Below are positions 18,090 to 27,049 of a stretch of 64,000 nucleotides of DNA, one piece after another. The translations under genes and the position numbers were made by a program. The DNA is from a virus (lineage: Duplodnaviria; Caudoviricetes). The stretch spans positions 19,385 through 83,384 of the IMG/VR virus record IMGVR_UViG_3300007177_000352; one strand, written 5' to 3'. Each line of letters starts with the position of its first letter. The first letter of the stretch is position 1. A model generated the notes under the pieces. It was not told where the DNA came from. It saw only the letters and a program-made list of their open reading frames with translations, and did not search any database.

Positions 18090-19253
18090 ATGAATTTAGA
18101 ATTAACTAAAAAAGAGCTTCTTTCCCCTCTAAAGACCGCAGCTTCCGTTATAGAAGACCGCCGGGCCGGCATGACAGTACTCGGTAATATTCTTTTGCAG
18201 GCCGACGGCAAACAACTAAACTTAACGGGCGGTGATGGCGACATTGAGGTGACTTGCAACCTCCCTATTGAGACCAGCGCCACCTTTGCCATCACTGTTC
18301 CTAAAAAGCTATTAGACATTACACGGTCGGTGAATGACGGCGGTGACTTGCATATTTCAGATAAAGACGATAAGCTAATTATAAAGTCTGGCAAAAGCCG
18401 CTTTACCTTGGCCACCTTGCCTGCCGACAATTACCCAGCCAGCCCGGTGTTAGAGGTCAATAAACAACTGACTCTCCCTCAATCGGAATTGAAGTCACTG
18501 ATAAAACAATGTGCATTTTGCATAGCCTCCAACGACATACGCTATTATCTAAACGGCGCGTTATTAGAAATAAATGATGGCGAAGCATACATGGTTGCCA
18601 CCGACGGCCACCGTATGGCAGTGACACCATTGGAATTGTTAGTCAGTCCAGTGGCGACCGCTGTGCCTACGAAAAAAACTAAGAAGTCTGCGGCTACCGA
18701 GGCCACCGATTCGGATAATGCTAAAATCATTATCCCCCGTAAAGCCATCTATGAGTTACTCAAGTTACTCGGTGATGACGGGGACGTGCAAATAAGCTAC
18801 ACTGATAGTCACGTCCAATTTATTCTAGGGGACTCGCTTCGTTTAACGAGTAAGCTAATTGACGGGCAGTTCCCCGACTGGCGAAGCGTAATTCCCGCCA
18901 ATGCAACTAACATTGCCCGTGTGTCTAAGGCCGACCTCTATTCAGCCATAGGCCGTGTAACTCTACTCTCTAACGAGAAATACAAAGGAGTGCGACTGAC
19001 ACTCTCTAAAGACCTCTTGACGGTTAATGCGAAAAATCCTAATCAAGAGGAGGCGACGGAAGAATTAGAGGTGATATATGAAGGCGAGCCTCTTGAAATT
19101 GGCTTTAACGGCGCCTATCTACTAGAATCAATAGCGGCTGTGAATACCGCTGATGTGCAACTGGCATTCACAGATAGTAACTCCTCTGTGGTGATTACTC
19201 AAAATGAAGACGAGGCAGAAGGCAAGTGGATTATTATGCCAATGAGGTTGTAG
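18090..19253 (+). CDS. dnaN: DNA polymerase III beta sliding clamp
   Basis: Motifs 'VLGNILL', 'SG.SRF.L.TLP...YP', 'D.RYYLNG.L', 'ATDGHR', 'IIPRKA', 'SKLIDG.FPD', 'IGFNG.YL' and 'IIMPMRL'. ATG 18090 lies downstream of the promoter. Confidence 0.96.
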   Translation: MNLELTKKELLSPLKTAASVIEDRRAGMTVLGNILLQADGKQLNLTGGDGDIEVTCNLPIETSATFAITVPKKLLDITRSVNDGGDLHISDKDDKLIIKSGKSRFTLATLPADNYPASPVLEVNKQLTLPQSELKSLIKQCAFCIASNDIRYYLNGALLEINDGEAYMVATDGHRMAVTPLELLVSPVATAVPTKKTKKSAATEATDSDNAKIIIPRKAIYELLKLLGDDGDVQISYTDSHVQFILGDSLRLTSKLIDGQFPDWRSVIPANATNIARVSKADLYSAIGRVTLLSNEKYKGVRLTLSKDLLTVNAKNPNQEEATEELEVIYEGEPLEIGFNGAYLLESIAAVNTADVQLAFTDSNSSVVITQNEDEAEGKWIIMPMRL

Positions 19254-19362
19254 AGTAGTTAGGTTAGAATGGTGAGGATAAGTAACGGCAGGGACGCCTA
19301 ATAAACATTGATTATTTATAATGAATAATCACTATAAACATTAAGAAATTAAAGGTGAATAT

Positions 19363-19719
19363 ATGGGTAACAGAGCACAATACACTAAAGAAGAGATAAA
19401 GGAACGTATTGAAGGCACTTTTGGAATAGTTGCGCAATTAGCTAAGAAACTAGACGTATCCTGTGTCACGGTCTATAATTACCTAAACCAATATCCTGAG
19501 TTAAGGGACGACTTAAAACAAGAGCGTGAACGTACTAAAGATTATGTAGAAATAGAGTTCATTCGCCTGATAAAAGAAGGTAATACCAAAGCCATTTTAC
19601 AGGCAGCTAAGACGCTATTAAAGGACCGTGGCTATGGCTACACTTTTGAACAGGCCAGTACGCAACCTAACAACCACCTCTTAGACCTCCTTTCTGAAAG
19701 AATTGAACAAGGTAGCTAG
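19363..19719 (+). CDS. HTH protein, probable terminase small subunit
   Basis: N-terminal HTH (LAKKLDVSCVTVYNY), 'EGN..AI....KT..K.RGY' motif, and first gene of the operon ending in terL. Confidence 0.55.
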   Translation: MGNRAQYTKEEIKERIEGTFGIVAQLAKKLDVSCVTVYNYLNQYPELRDDLKQERERTKDYVEIEFIRLIKEGNTKAILQAAKTLLKDRGYGYTFEQASTQPNNHLLDLLSERIEQGS

Positions 19720-19725
19720 TTTATT

Positions 19726-20088
19726 ATGCCTAAATACAATCAAGATAAACGCAATGCTAATCGCGGTACTGAGAGAGGACGTGAGTTACTCAAACAGTCC
19801 TTATCACGTCTCGGTCCTGGTCGTTCAATATTAGTGGATAAACACGGTACGGCTATAGCAGGCAATAAGACCTTAGCAGAAGCTACCTCTCAAGGTATCC
19901 CGACTGTGGAAGTGGAGACCGATGGTAAGACCTTAGTGGTAGTGAAAAGGACGGACTTAGATTTGGATACCGACATCAAGGCACGGGAGTTAGCTTTTGC
20001 CGATAACCGCGTGGCGGAACTTGATTTGGATTGGGATACGGAGGTTTTGAAGACTGACTTGGAGGTGCTTGATACTGACTTTCTTAAC
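19726..20088 (+). repeat. 363-bp direct repeat, copy 1
   Basis: About 9 differences from 21369..21731 by manual comparison. Confidence 0.95.
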
Positions 20089-20517
20089 AACCTCTGGACG
20101 CCGGAGGATTTTTCATTGGCAAATGATGAGGATAAGATGACAGGTGAAGAAGACGACCAATCCAATTACAGTCGTTCAGTCAAGTCACCCACCTATGTAG
20201 TCACTGGTGAAAAACCAAAATTAACTGACCTCTTTGATAACTCAGTAACGACGCGACTGATTAGCAACATCAATCAATCCAACCTCCCAGAGGACGAAAA
20301 GGAGTTTCTAAGAATAGCCGCGCAACGCCATACGGTATTGCATTTTGGAAACATAGCCGAGTATTATGCCCATGCCAACGAGGAGCTACAGACACTTATG
20401 GAGGATAATGCACTCGTCATTATTGACTTTAATAAAGCGATTGAGTTAGGTCTCGTTAAGATAACTAAGCAGATAGCCGAGATAACTAAAGAGGAATATG
20501 GTGATGACGACGTATAA
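19726..20517 (+). CDS. ParB-like N-terminal domain fused to a C-terminal domain of the type that accompanies T-even-like glucosyltransferases (adaptor A)
   Basis: 'GRSILVDK.G..IAGNKT' and 'ELA.ADNR..EL...WD'; C-terminal 'FL..AA.RH....F..IA.YYAHA..E.Q..ME..ALVIIDF.KAI'. Confidence 0.7.
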   Translation: MPKYNQDKRNANRGTERGRELLKQSLSRLGPGRSILVDKHGTAIAGNKTLAEATSQGIPTVEVETDGKTLVVVKRTDLDLDTDIKARELAFADNRVAELDLDWDTEVLKTDLEVLDTDFLNNLWTPEDFSLANDEDKMTGEEDDQSNYSRSVKSPTYVVTGEKPKLTDLFDNSVTTRLISNINQSNLPEDEKEFLRIAAQRHTVLHFGNIAEYYAHANEELQTLMEDNALVIIDFNKAIELGLVKITKQIAEITKEEYGDDDV

Positions 20518-21376
20518 ATTCGCGGTGTTTATTCTCGTCCACGGACGACCTGATAGAGTGGTTACTTACCACACCTTAAAGAAGCAAGGCTACACTGGTG
20601 ACATTTACTTGATTGCCGATAATGAGGATAAAACCGTCCCGCAGTATAAGGAAAAATTTGGGGAGGATAAAATCATTATCTTTGATAAGTTAGCGATGGC
20701 GCAACGGATTGATACTGGTGATAACTCTCAAGAAAGACGAGCCGCCGTCTTCGCACGGAATGCCTGCTTTGATATTGCAAGAAACTTAGGGATTGATTAT
20801 TTTCTTCAATTGGATGATGACTATAATGGATTTTATTATACTTTTACAGGCGACCTAAAGTATCATCAAAAACCGGTTAAATATAGCCTTGATAGGTTAT
20901 TCCAATCAGTTTTGGAATATTACATTAGTATAGATGCACTTACTATTGCTTTTGCCCAAGGTGGTGATTTAATCGGAGGTAAAAACAATAACATGATGGG
21001 TGCTATTAAAATTAAGCGTAAAGCTATGAATACTTTCTTTTGTAGTATTCATCGTCCTTTTGAGTTCACCATGCGCGTCAATGATGATGTTAATGCTTAT
21101 ATCCGTTATGGCAACCGTGGTAAGCTAATATTTACTCTTTATAATTTAATTATAAAACAACCAGCCACCCAAAAAGTTAAAGGTGGCATGACGGAACTTT
21201 ACCAAAATGAGGGGACTTATCCAAAATCTTTCTCTACCGTAATGATTGCGCCATCTTGTACCAAAATTGCAATGATGGGTGATAAGCATCCTCGTATTCA
21301 CCATCAAATCAACTGGGGTAACGCCGTCCCCTGCATTCTTGACGAAAAGTACAGAAAACGAAGCCACCATGCCTAA
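20498..21376 (+). CDS. GT-A fold DNA glycosyltransferase (beta-glucosyl-HMC-alpha-glucosyltransferase / GREB1-like)
   Basis: Motifs 'FIL.HGR', 'YL..D.ED....Y', 'ARN', 'LDDDY', 'K.MN.F', 'N.DVN.Y' and 'GG.T..Y...GTY.KSF'. Confidence 0.82.
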   Translation: MVMTTYKFAVFILVHGRPDRVVTYHTLKKQGYTGDIYLIADNEDKTVPQYKEKFGEDKIIIFDKLAMAQRIDTGDNSQERRAAVFARNACFDIARNLGIDYFLQLDDDYNGFYYTFTGDLKYHQKPVKYSLDRLFQSVLEYYISIDALTIAFAQGGDLIGGKNNNMMGAIKIKRKAMNTFFCSIHRPFEFTMRVNDDVNAYIRYGNRGKLIFTLYNLIIKQPATQKVKGGMTELYQNEGTYPKSFSTVMIAPSCTKIAMMGDKHPRIHHQINWGNAVPCILDEKYRKRSHHA

Positions 21377-21731
21377 ATACAATCAAGATAAACGCAATGC
21401 TAATCGCGGTACTGAGAGAGGACGTGAGTTACTCAAACAGTCCTTATCACGTCTCGGTCCTGGTCGTTCAATATTAGTGGATAAACACGGTACGGCTATA
21501 GCAGGCAATAAGACCTTAGCGGAAGCTACCTCTCAAGGTATCCCAACGGTGGAAGTAGAGACAGATGGTAAGACCTTAGTGGTAGTGAAAAGGACGGACT
21601 TAGATTTAGAGACCGACATCAAGGCACGGGAGTTAGCTTTTGCCGATAACCGCGTGGCGGAACTTGATTTGGATTGGGATACGGAGGTTTTGAAGACTGA
21701 TTTGGAGGTTCTTGATACTGACTTTCTTAAC
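21369..21731 (+). repeat. 363-bp direct repeat, copy 2
   Basis: See copy 1. Confidence 0.95.
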
Positions 21732-21977
21732 GAAATGTTTAAGATTGATGTTATTGGTGATACAACATCAAATTTACCTACAGCAGACTTTACCAATTGG
21801 AAAGCTATACAACAACAGTCTTTAACAAAAAGAGTTTTAATTGGTGAGATTGAATTTGGAATAAGTGAAGAGCAGTATAACTCTTTCCTAGAGTTACTTG
21901 AAGTTAAACTAAAGACAATTAATAGCCAAAGGTTGGCAGCACAAGAGGTATTTAATGATGCGTTTTGCAGTGATTGA
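21369..21977 (+). CDS. ParB-like N-terminal domain with unrelated short C-terminus (adaptor B)
   Basis: First 121 aa nearly identical to 19726. ATG 21369 overlaps the glycosyltransferase end. Confidence 0.75.
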   Translation: MPKYNQDKRNANRGTERGRELLKQSLSRLGPGRSILVDKHGTAIAGNKTLAEATSQGIPTVEVETDGKTLVVVKRTDLDLETDIKARELAFADNRVAELDLDWDTEVLKTDLEVLDTDFLNEMFKIDVIGDTTSNLPTADFTNWKAIQQQSLTKRVLIGEIEFGISEEQYNSFLELLEVKLKTINSQRLAAQEVFNDAFCSD

Positions 21978-23253
21978 TGCACTAGGTAAAGATATTGACC
22001 CTCGATTTGATGGCATGGCTGTTAAATATTTAAATTGGGAACTTAATAGATTAGGTGCTAATGTTGTTAAACTACCGCAATTAGCAGATATTATATTAAT
22101 CAGTACAGTATCTGCTGGTGAGTGGCATGTTGTTCCATCGTGTATAAAAAAGCATAGTATTGATAGACTGAGGCAAAAAATCATACTGGGTGGTCAAGCA
22201 TCATTATCTCCAAAAGTTTTTGAAGATTATGTTGATATTATATGTGTTGGCGAAGGTCGAGTTTTTTTAGAGACATTGGTGAAGCAAGGGTTTGATACAG
22301 CAAGAAATTTACCAAATAGTTGGGTTAAGGGTGATACAAGAGAGGTAATTCCTGATTATAATTTTCCTTATGATATTCCTCCAATTAAATGTATGGATGG
22401 TTTAACTAGGATATTTGCATCTCGCGGGTGCAGGAAAAAATGTTTATTTTGTCAAGTAGGCTGGGAACGTGAATATTCTGAAAATAGTTTTGAAAACGTA
22501 TCATCTTTAGATAAAGAGTTATCTATGGTTGGTCATCGTGTCAATTATGTAAGCAATGATTTATGTGGTTTAAGCTATTTTGATAAAATAAATCATTACC
22601 GGCACTTTTCAGGAAGTTTTAATCATCTTAAAACCGTTATTGAAACTATTGGGATGAAAAAAATAGTTCAAAAACTAGGTACTATGTATGGTTCAATTCG
22701 TATTGGTGTTGAATCAGTAAGCGAACGATTGAGGAGGTTTATAGGCAAACCGATTAATAGTAGAGACTTATTAGATATTACATGCAACTTCCTTAATGCC
22801 GGTATTAAGTTTAAATGGTTTATGATTTGTGGATTACCTGGTGAGACTGATGATGATTATGAAGAATTAAAAATGTATATTAGTTACATAAAAAAGAACG
22901 TAAATAAAGGTATGTTACACATAAGTTTTACATCTTTTTTGCCCAATTCACCCTGTCCTCTTTGCATTCCACCATTAGAAGACTCTTATCAAGATAGAGT
23001 AAATAGTTTCTATGATTGGTTTTTTGATGGTGCCGGCTATACTAGAAAGGTAAGAATATTAAAAGGATGTGAACCAAAATCCAGATTATTACAGTCAATA
23101 GGATATATGGGTTGTTCTGAAGATGATTTGCGTAGAGGTTGGCTATATGATGACCCACCTAACTGGCGTGTTAGGTATACCTACCGTGACAAAATACGCC
23201 GTGCCTATAACGTTTATGCCAAAAAAGTTGGACTACCTATAGGGAAAGATTAA
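21955..23253 (+). CDS. Radical SAM protein with probable N-terminal cobalamin-binding domain
   Basis: CxxxCxxC (SRGCRKKCLFC), 'GG...P.....D....GEG', 'GVES.SERLR..I.KPI' and 'M.CGLPGET'. Confidence 0.85.
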   Translation: MMRFAVIDALGKDIDPRFDGMAVKYLNWELNRLGANVVKLPQLADIILISTVSAGEWHVVPSCIKKHSIDRLRQKIILGGQASLSPKVFEDYVDIICVGEGRVFLETLVKQGFDTARNLPNSWVKGDTREVIPDYNFPYDIPPIKCMDGLTRIFASRGCRKKCLFCQVGWEREYSENSFENVSSLDKELSMVGHRVNYVSNDLCGLSYFDKINHYRHFSGSFNHLKTVIETIGMKKIVQKLGTMYGSIRIGVESVSERLRRFIGKPINSRDLLDITCNFLNAGIKFKWFMICGLPGETDDDYEELKMYISYIKKNVNKGMLHISFTSFLPNSPCPLCIPPLEDSYQDRVNSFYDWFFDGAGYTRKVRILKGCEPKSRLLQSIGYMGCSEDDLRRGWLYDDPPNWRVRYTYRDKIRRAYNVYAKKVGLPIGKD

Positions 23254-23783
23254 TGCCCAAACTAACCGATTACACACCTGACCATCATAATGCGAACCTT
23301 GGTACCGACAGGGGCCGTAAAGAGCTTGCTAAATCTGTTAAACAACTTGGTTTAGGTCGGTCAATCCTGACGGATAAAGACGGACGTATTATCGCTGGCA
23401 ACAAGACTTATGAAGCGGCGGTTCAAGAGGGTATTTCCAAAGTAGTGGAAGTGGAGACCGACGGTGATACCCTAGTTGTCGTCAAGCGAAATGACCTGGA
23501 TTTAAATGAGCACATCAAAGCGCGTGTCCTTGCCCATGCAGACAATAAGATTGGACAGGATAACTTGAACTTTGACTTAGCTATCGTCAAGGCCGACCTA
23601 GAATTACTGCAAAGCGATTTTCTGGACGAGCTTTGGACGCCAGATGACCTTGGGGAATTATTTGAGGAGGATAATGTCAATCATATTGACCCGCAGCAAA
23701 TGCACACCAAAGAAATTAATCCAAATGAATTTGAATTTGAATGCCGTTGCCCAAAGTGTGGCTTTGAATTTAATCCCAAATGA
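23253..23783 (+). CDS. ParB-like N-terminal domain with C-terminal CPKC knuckle (adaptor C)
   Basis: Diverged paralog of adaptors A and B ('NAN.GT.RGR', 'GRSIL.DK.G..IAGNKT'). TAATG coupling to the radical SAM gene. Confidence 0.75.
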   Translation: MPKLTDYTPDHHNANLGTDRGRKELAKSVKQLGLGRSILTDKDGRIIAGNKTYEAAVQEGISKVVEVETDGDTLVVVKRNDLDLNEHIKARVLAHADNKIGQDNLNFDLAIVKADLELLQSDFLDELWTPDDLGELFEEDNVNHIDPQQMHTKEINPNEFEFECRCPKCGFEFNPK

Positions 23784-24817
23784 ACAAACATGCTTGGTTT
23801 CTCACTGACTTAAAAACTATACCATCCAACGGTTTAAAAGTGATGTCAACTTTTGCTTGTGGTGGCGGGTCATCTATGGGTTATAAATTAGCTGGGTGTG
23901 AGGTGATAGCGGCTAACGATATTGATGCAGAAATGGCTTATCATTACAAATTAAATCTACATCCACAATATTATTTCTTATGCCCAATTCGTGACTTATT
24001 GACCAAACAATTACCTAAAGAATTGTTTAACTTAGATATATTAGACGGCAGTCCACCTTGTTCAACTTTTAGCATGTCTGGTAAACGAGAAAAAGTATGG
24101 GGGAAAAATAAACGCTTTAGAGAAGGTCAAGCTAAACAGGTTTTATCTGATTTATTTTTTGACTATCTTGACTTAGCTGAATATCTAAAACCTAAAGTAG
24201 TTATAGCAGAAAACGTCAAAGGACTGATTTTGGGCAATGCCAAAGGTTATGCAAAGTTGATAATGATGCGGTTTAAAGAAATAGGCTATAAACCTCAGTT
24301 ATTTTTAGTCAATGCGGCGGATTGCGGTGTTCCTCAAACTAGAGAAAGGGTCTTTTTTTGCGCATTAAGAAATGATATTAATATGCCCCCCTTAGAACTA
24401 TCTCCTACTTGTAAATGGGTAAGCGTTGGTGAAGCAACTAGCGATTTACAGGTTTTGACCGATAATGAAATACGCAATACACAAGCAAGTCCAATGGATT
24501 TAAAATATTGGAAACTCGTAAAAAAAGGACAAGTTTATAATACATTTATAAAAAAACATGAAAAAAGAATATGTGGCTTTAATTATTGTAAATTAGATGA
24601 TGCAAAACCAAGCCGCACAATGTCGGCACATCCCTCCTCACTTAAACATTGGTCAACTTGTCGTAATTTAACTTACCGTGAATGGAAAAGAGTAGGTTCT
24701 TTTCCAGATGATTATCAAGCCAAAAATGATAATATTGGTAAATATATGATAGGTATGTCCGTACCGCCATTAATGACCAAAGCGGTGGCTGATGCTGTCA
24801 TAAAACAGTGGCTTTGA
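23780..24817 (+). CDS. DNA (cytosine-5)-methyltransferase
   Basis: Motif I FACGGG, motif IV GSPPC, motif VI ENV, motif VIII PQ.RER, motif X IGMSVPP. Confidence 0.93.
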   Translation: MNKHAWFLTDLKTIPSNGLKVMSTFACGGGSSMGYKLAGCEVIAANDIDAEMAYHYKLNLHPQYYFLCPIRDLLTKQLPKELFNLDILDGSPPCSTFSMSGKREKVWGKNKRFREGQAKQVLSDLFFDYLDLAEYLKPKVVIAENVKGLILGNAKGYAKLIMMRFKEIGYKPQLFLVNAADCGVPQTRERVFFCALRNDINMPPLELSPTCKWVSVGEATSDLQVLTDNEIRNTQASPMDLKYWKLVKKGQVYNTFIKKHEKRICGFNYCKLDDAKPSRTMSAHPSSLKHWSTCRNLTYREWKRVGSFPDDYQAKNDNIGKYMIGMSVPPLMTKAVADAVIKQWL

Positions 24818-24857
24818 AAATCTACCACCCAACGCGGGTAACTCTTAGAGTGGTCTG

Positions 24858-26204
24858 ATGTCCAATCAGCGCCGGCGGTGCAACTCCGACCTACCCGCTC
24901 CAATTTTAAATAACATGTGGCAAATTCCAACGGCTGGTACAAAACACCATAATTCCATTAAACAAGCCGACGCCAGGTTAAACCTCTGGGTCGGCTCGGT
25001 TCGTTCTGGTAAGACCATCACCTCCTTATTTACCTTGATTAACTGGATAATAAAAAAGGAGTCGCCACCCGGTCCCATCGTCATCACTGGCAACACCAGC
25101 GACACTACCAATCGCAACGTCCTCCTCCCCTTAATGGAATATCTAGGAGGCGAACCATTCTGTGATTTTTCCATAGGTCGTCGCACTGGCACCCTCTTTA
25201 ATCGCACGGTCCACATCGTCTCCGGCAATGACGAGTCTAGTTACAAACGCCTCCAAGGCGCCACCTTCGCTGGTGCCTACTGTGACGAAATCACCACCTA
25301 TCCAAAATCATTCTGGTTAATGCTACTCAGTCGCCTTTCCTTAAAAGGGTCGCGGCTCTTTGGCACCACTAACCCGGACGTCCCGACCCACTGGCTAAAG
25401 ACTGACTTCATAGACAACCCAGAAATCACTAATAAACGAGTCTTCCAATTCAGTCTCCATGATAATCCGTACCTTGACCCGGACTATATCCACTCCTTAG
25501 AAACAGAATACTCCGGCGTCTGGAAAAAGCGATACATTGACGGTCTATGGGTAGCTGGTAGCGGGGCGATTTACGATTGCTTTGGAGAGGGCAACATCAT
25601 AGCTAACAGCAAACAGTATCTAAACCGTTGCCAACGGGTGTGGGCGGGGTGTGACTACGGTACGGTCAACGCACTGGCTTTTGGAATCTATGGATTAGAC
25701 TATGATGGCGTTACCATCTATAAGTTTGCAGAATACTACTATGATTCCAAAGTCGCTGGAGTCCAAAAAAGTGACAGTGAGTACGTCCTAGACATTCAGT
25801 CCTTTTTAGCTACCCACTTAGGTGGGCGACCCTTGACTGGTTTATATGTTGACCCGTCGGCGGCTTCTTTTATAGTGTCCCTGCGTAAAGCTGGCTTACC
25901 AGTGATAGCGGCCAATAACTCGGTGCTAGAAGGGATTCAACACGTCTATGGATTATTATCCAGGCGACACTATCTCATAGATGCCACTTGTGAAAACACC
26001 GTGAAGCAATACTATTCCTACTCATGGGATAGCAAGGCGTCGGCGCGTGGTAAAGAACAACCTATGAAAGTAGAAGACCACGCTTTGGATTGTGACCGGT
26101 ATGCTTTGTTTAGCACCCGGTCAAGTAGCACCTTGCCTACGGAAGGGATTGTGACTCTCCCGATGCAAGGTCTAAGTGGTGGGATTAAGACGCGGAGGAG
26201 GTAG
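24858..26204 (+). CDS. terL: Terminase large subunit (PBSX-like)
   Basis: Walker A GSVRSGKT, Walker B 'YCDE', 'TTNPD', 'DNPYL', 'DYG..N' and 'DH.LD..RY'. Start may be 24915. Confidence 0.93.
   Translation: MSNQRRRCNSDLPAPILNNMWQIPTAGTKHHNSIKQADARLNLWVGSVRSGKTITSLFTLINWIIKKESPPGPIVITGNTSDTTNRNVLLPLMEYLGGEPFCDFSIGRRTGTLFNRTVHIVSGNDESSYKRLQGATFAGAYCDEITTYPKSFWLMLLSRLSLKGSRLFGTTNPDVPTHWLKTDFIDNPEITNKRVFQFSLHDNPYLDPDYIHSLETEYSGVWKKRYIDGLWVAGSGAIYDCFGEGNIIANSKQYLNRCQRVWAGCDYGTVNALAFGIYGLDYDGVTIYKFAEYYYDSKVAGVQKSDSEYVLDIQSFLATHLGGRPLTGLYVDPSAASFIVSLRKAGLPVIAANNSVLEGIQHVYGLLSRRHYLIDATCENTVKQYYSYSWDSKASARGKEQPMKVEDHALDCDRYALFSTRSSSTLPTEGIVTLPMQGLSGGIKTRRR
26162..26203 (+). repeat. About 40-bp direct repeat, copy 1 (3' end of terL)
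   Basis: GATGCAAGGTCTAAGTGGTGGGATTAAGACGCGGAGGAGGTA. Confidence 0.85.
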
Positions 26205-26220
26205 GTCTCATTTGGAATGA

Positions 26221-26496
26221 CTATTTGGATATTACCTCCCCCAATTCCAAGACCCAGCATTCCTTGCCTAGCATTTCTTCGCCACACCATCCCTTGCGTG
26301 GGAATCCTTTTCGCACTCCTTTCAACTCCATTATAAGACGTGGGGCGTCTTTCCTATAACCATTGATAAATAACACTTGGTCATGCGTGTGCGCAAGACG
26401 AGAATCATTAAACGGTTTTATAGCGCGATATTCTTCTGTTTTCACGCCCGACCGTATTAGGTCAAACCAGCGTCGGTTAATTTGGAGTGTTAGCAT
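26221..26496 (-). CDS. ASCH/PUA-like domain protein
   Basis: Motifs 'L.I...WFD.I.SG.K.EEYR' and 'F.NGY....P'. Confidence 0.82.
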   Translation of the reverse strand: MLTLQINRRWFDLIRSGVKTEEYRAIKPFNDSRLAHTHDQVLFINGYRKDAPRLIMELKGVRKGFPRKGWCGEEMLGKECWVLELGEVISK

Positions 26497-26522
26497 ATTT
26501 TAGTTATATAACACGTTATGTT

Positions 26523-26561
26523 GATGCAAGGTCTAGGTGGGATTAGGACGCGGAGGAGGTA
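26523..26561 (+). repeat. About 40-bp direct repeat, copy 2
   Basis: GATGCAAGGTCTAGGTGGGATTAGGACGCGGAGGAGGTA. Confidence 0.85.
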
Positions 26562-26991
26562 ACTTGCGTTTGTTTATCACATCGCCAGTTCTACTGGCAG
26601 TTTCACTTGTGGTTTCCCAAGGATAAGTAAATATCTGAAATACCACTTCCCCATCGTCCTTGAACAAGTACCCTTCGACCATTTTCCCAGTTGTTTTAAT
26701 ATGGTCAAAATAACTCTGGTTGACCTCAGCCCAGCCAGTCCAGTCTCGGTCGATATGGCCGATGTGGAGAAAATGTTCATTAGATAAAGTACACGGTGGT
26801 CTCTCAGCGAGACCTAACCAATCTAGTAATTCCACTGTTCTCAATGAGAGCATTACACCCTTTACTTCAGGATGGATTATGGTTACGTCATCAATATTCG
26901 CATAGACCGTCACATCGTTGCGCATGATTATATCTAGCAGGTCTTCTGCACACCAAATAAATGCCTTCGCTGGCCGTAGTTGTTGAGTCAT
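26533..26991 (-). CDS. Hypothetical protein
   Basis: ATG 26991 with AGAGGAG RBS. Confidence 0.55.
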   Translation of the reverse strand: MTQQLRPAKAFIWCAEDLLDIIMRNDVTVYANIDDVTIIHPEVKGVMLSLRTVELLDWLGLAERPPCTLSNEHFLHIGHIDRDWTGWAEVNQSYFDHIKTTGKMVEGYLFKDDGEVVFQIFTYPWETTSETASRTGDVINKRKLPPPRPNPT

Positions 26992-27049
26992 ATTGTTTCT
27001 CCTCTTGTTAAGGAGTCCAAAACTGAGTTTAGACTCCGTGCGGTTGCTA

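Noticed and set aside
21279-21368. N-terminal extension of ParB adaptor B
   Set aside because: It lies inside the glycosyltransferase gene. The repeat with adaptor A starts exactly at ATG 21369.
19890-21982. Minus-strand ORFs 19890..20165 and 21533..21982 that resemble each other
   Set aside because: The similarity simply mirrors the 363-bp ParB repeat.
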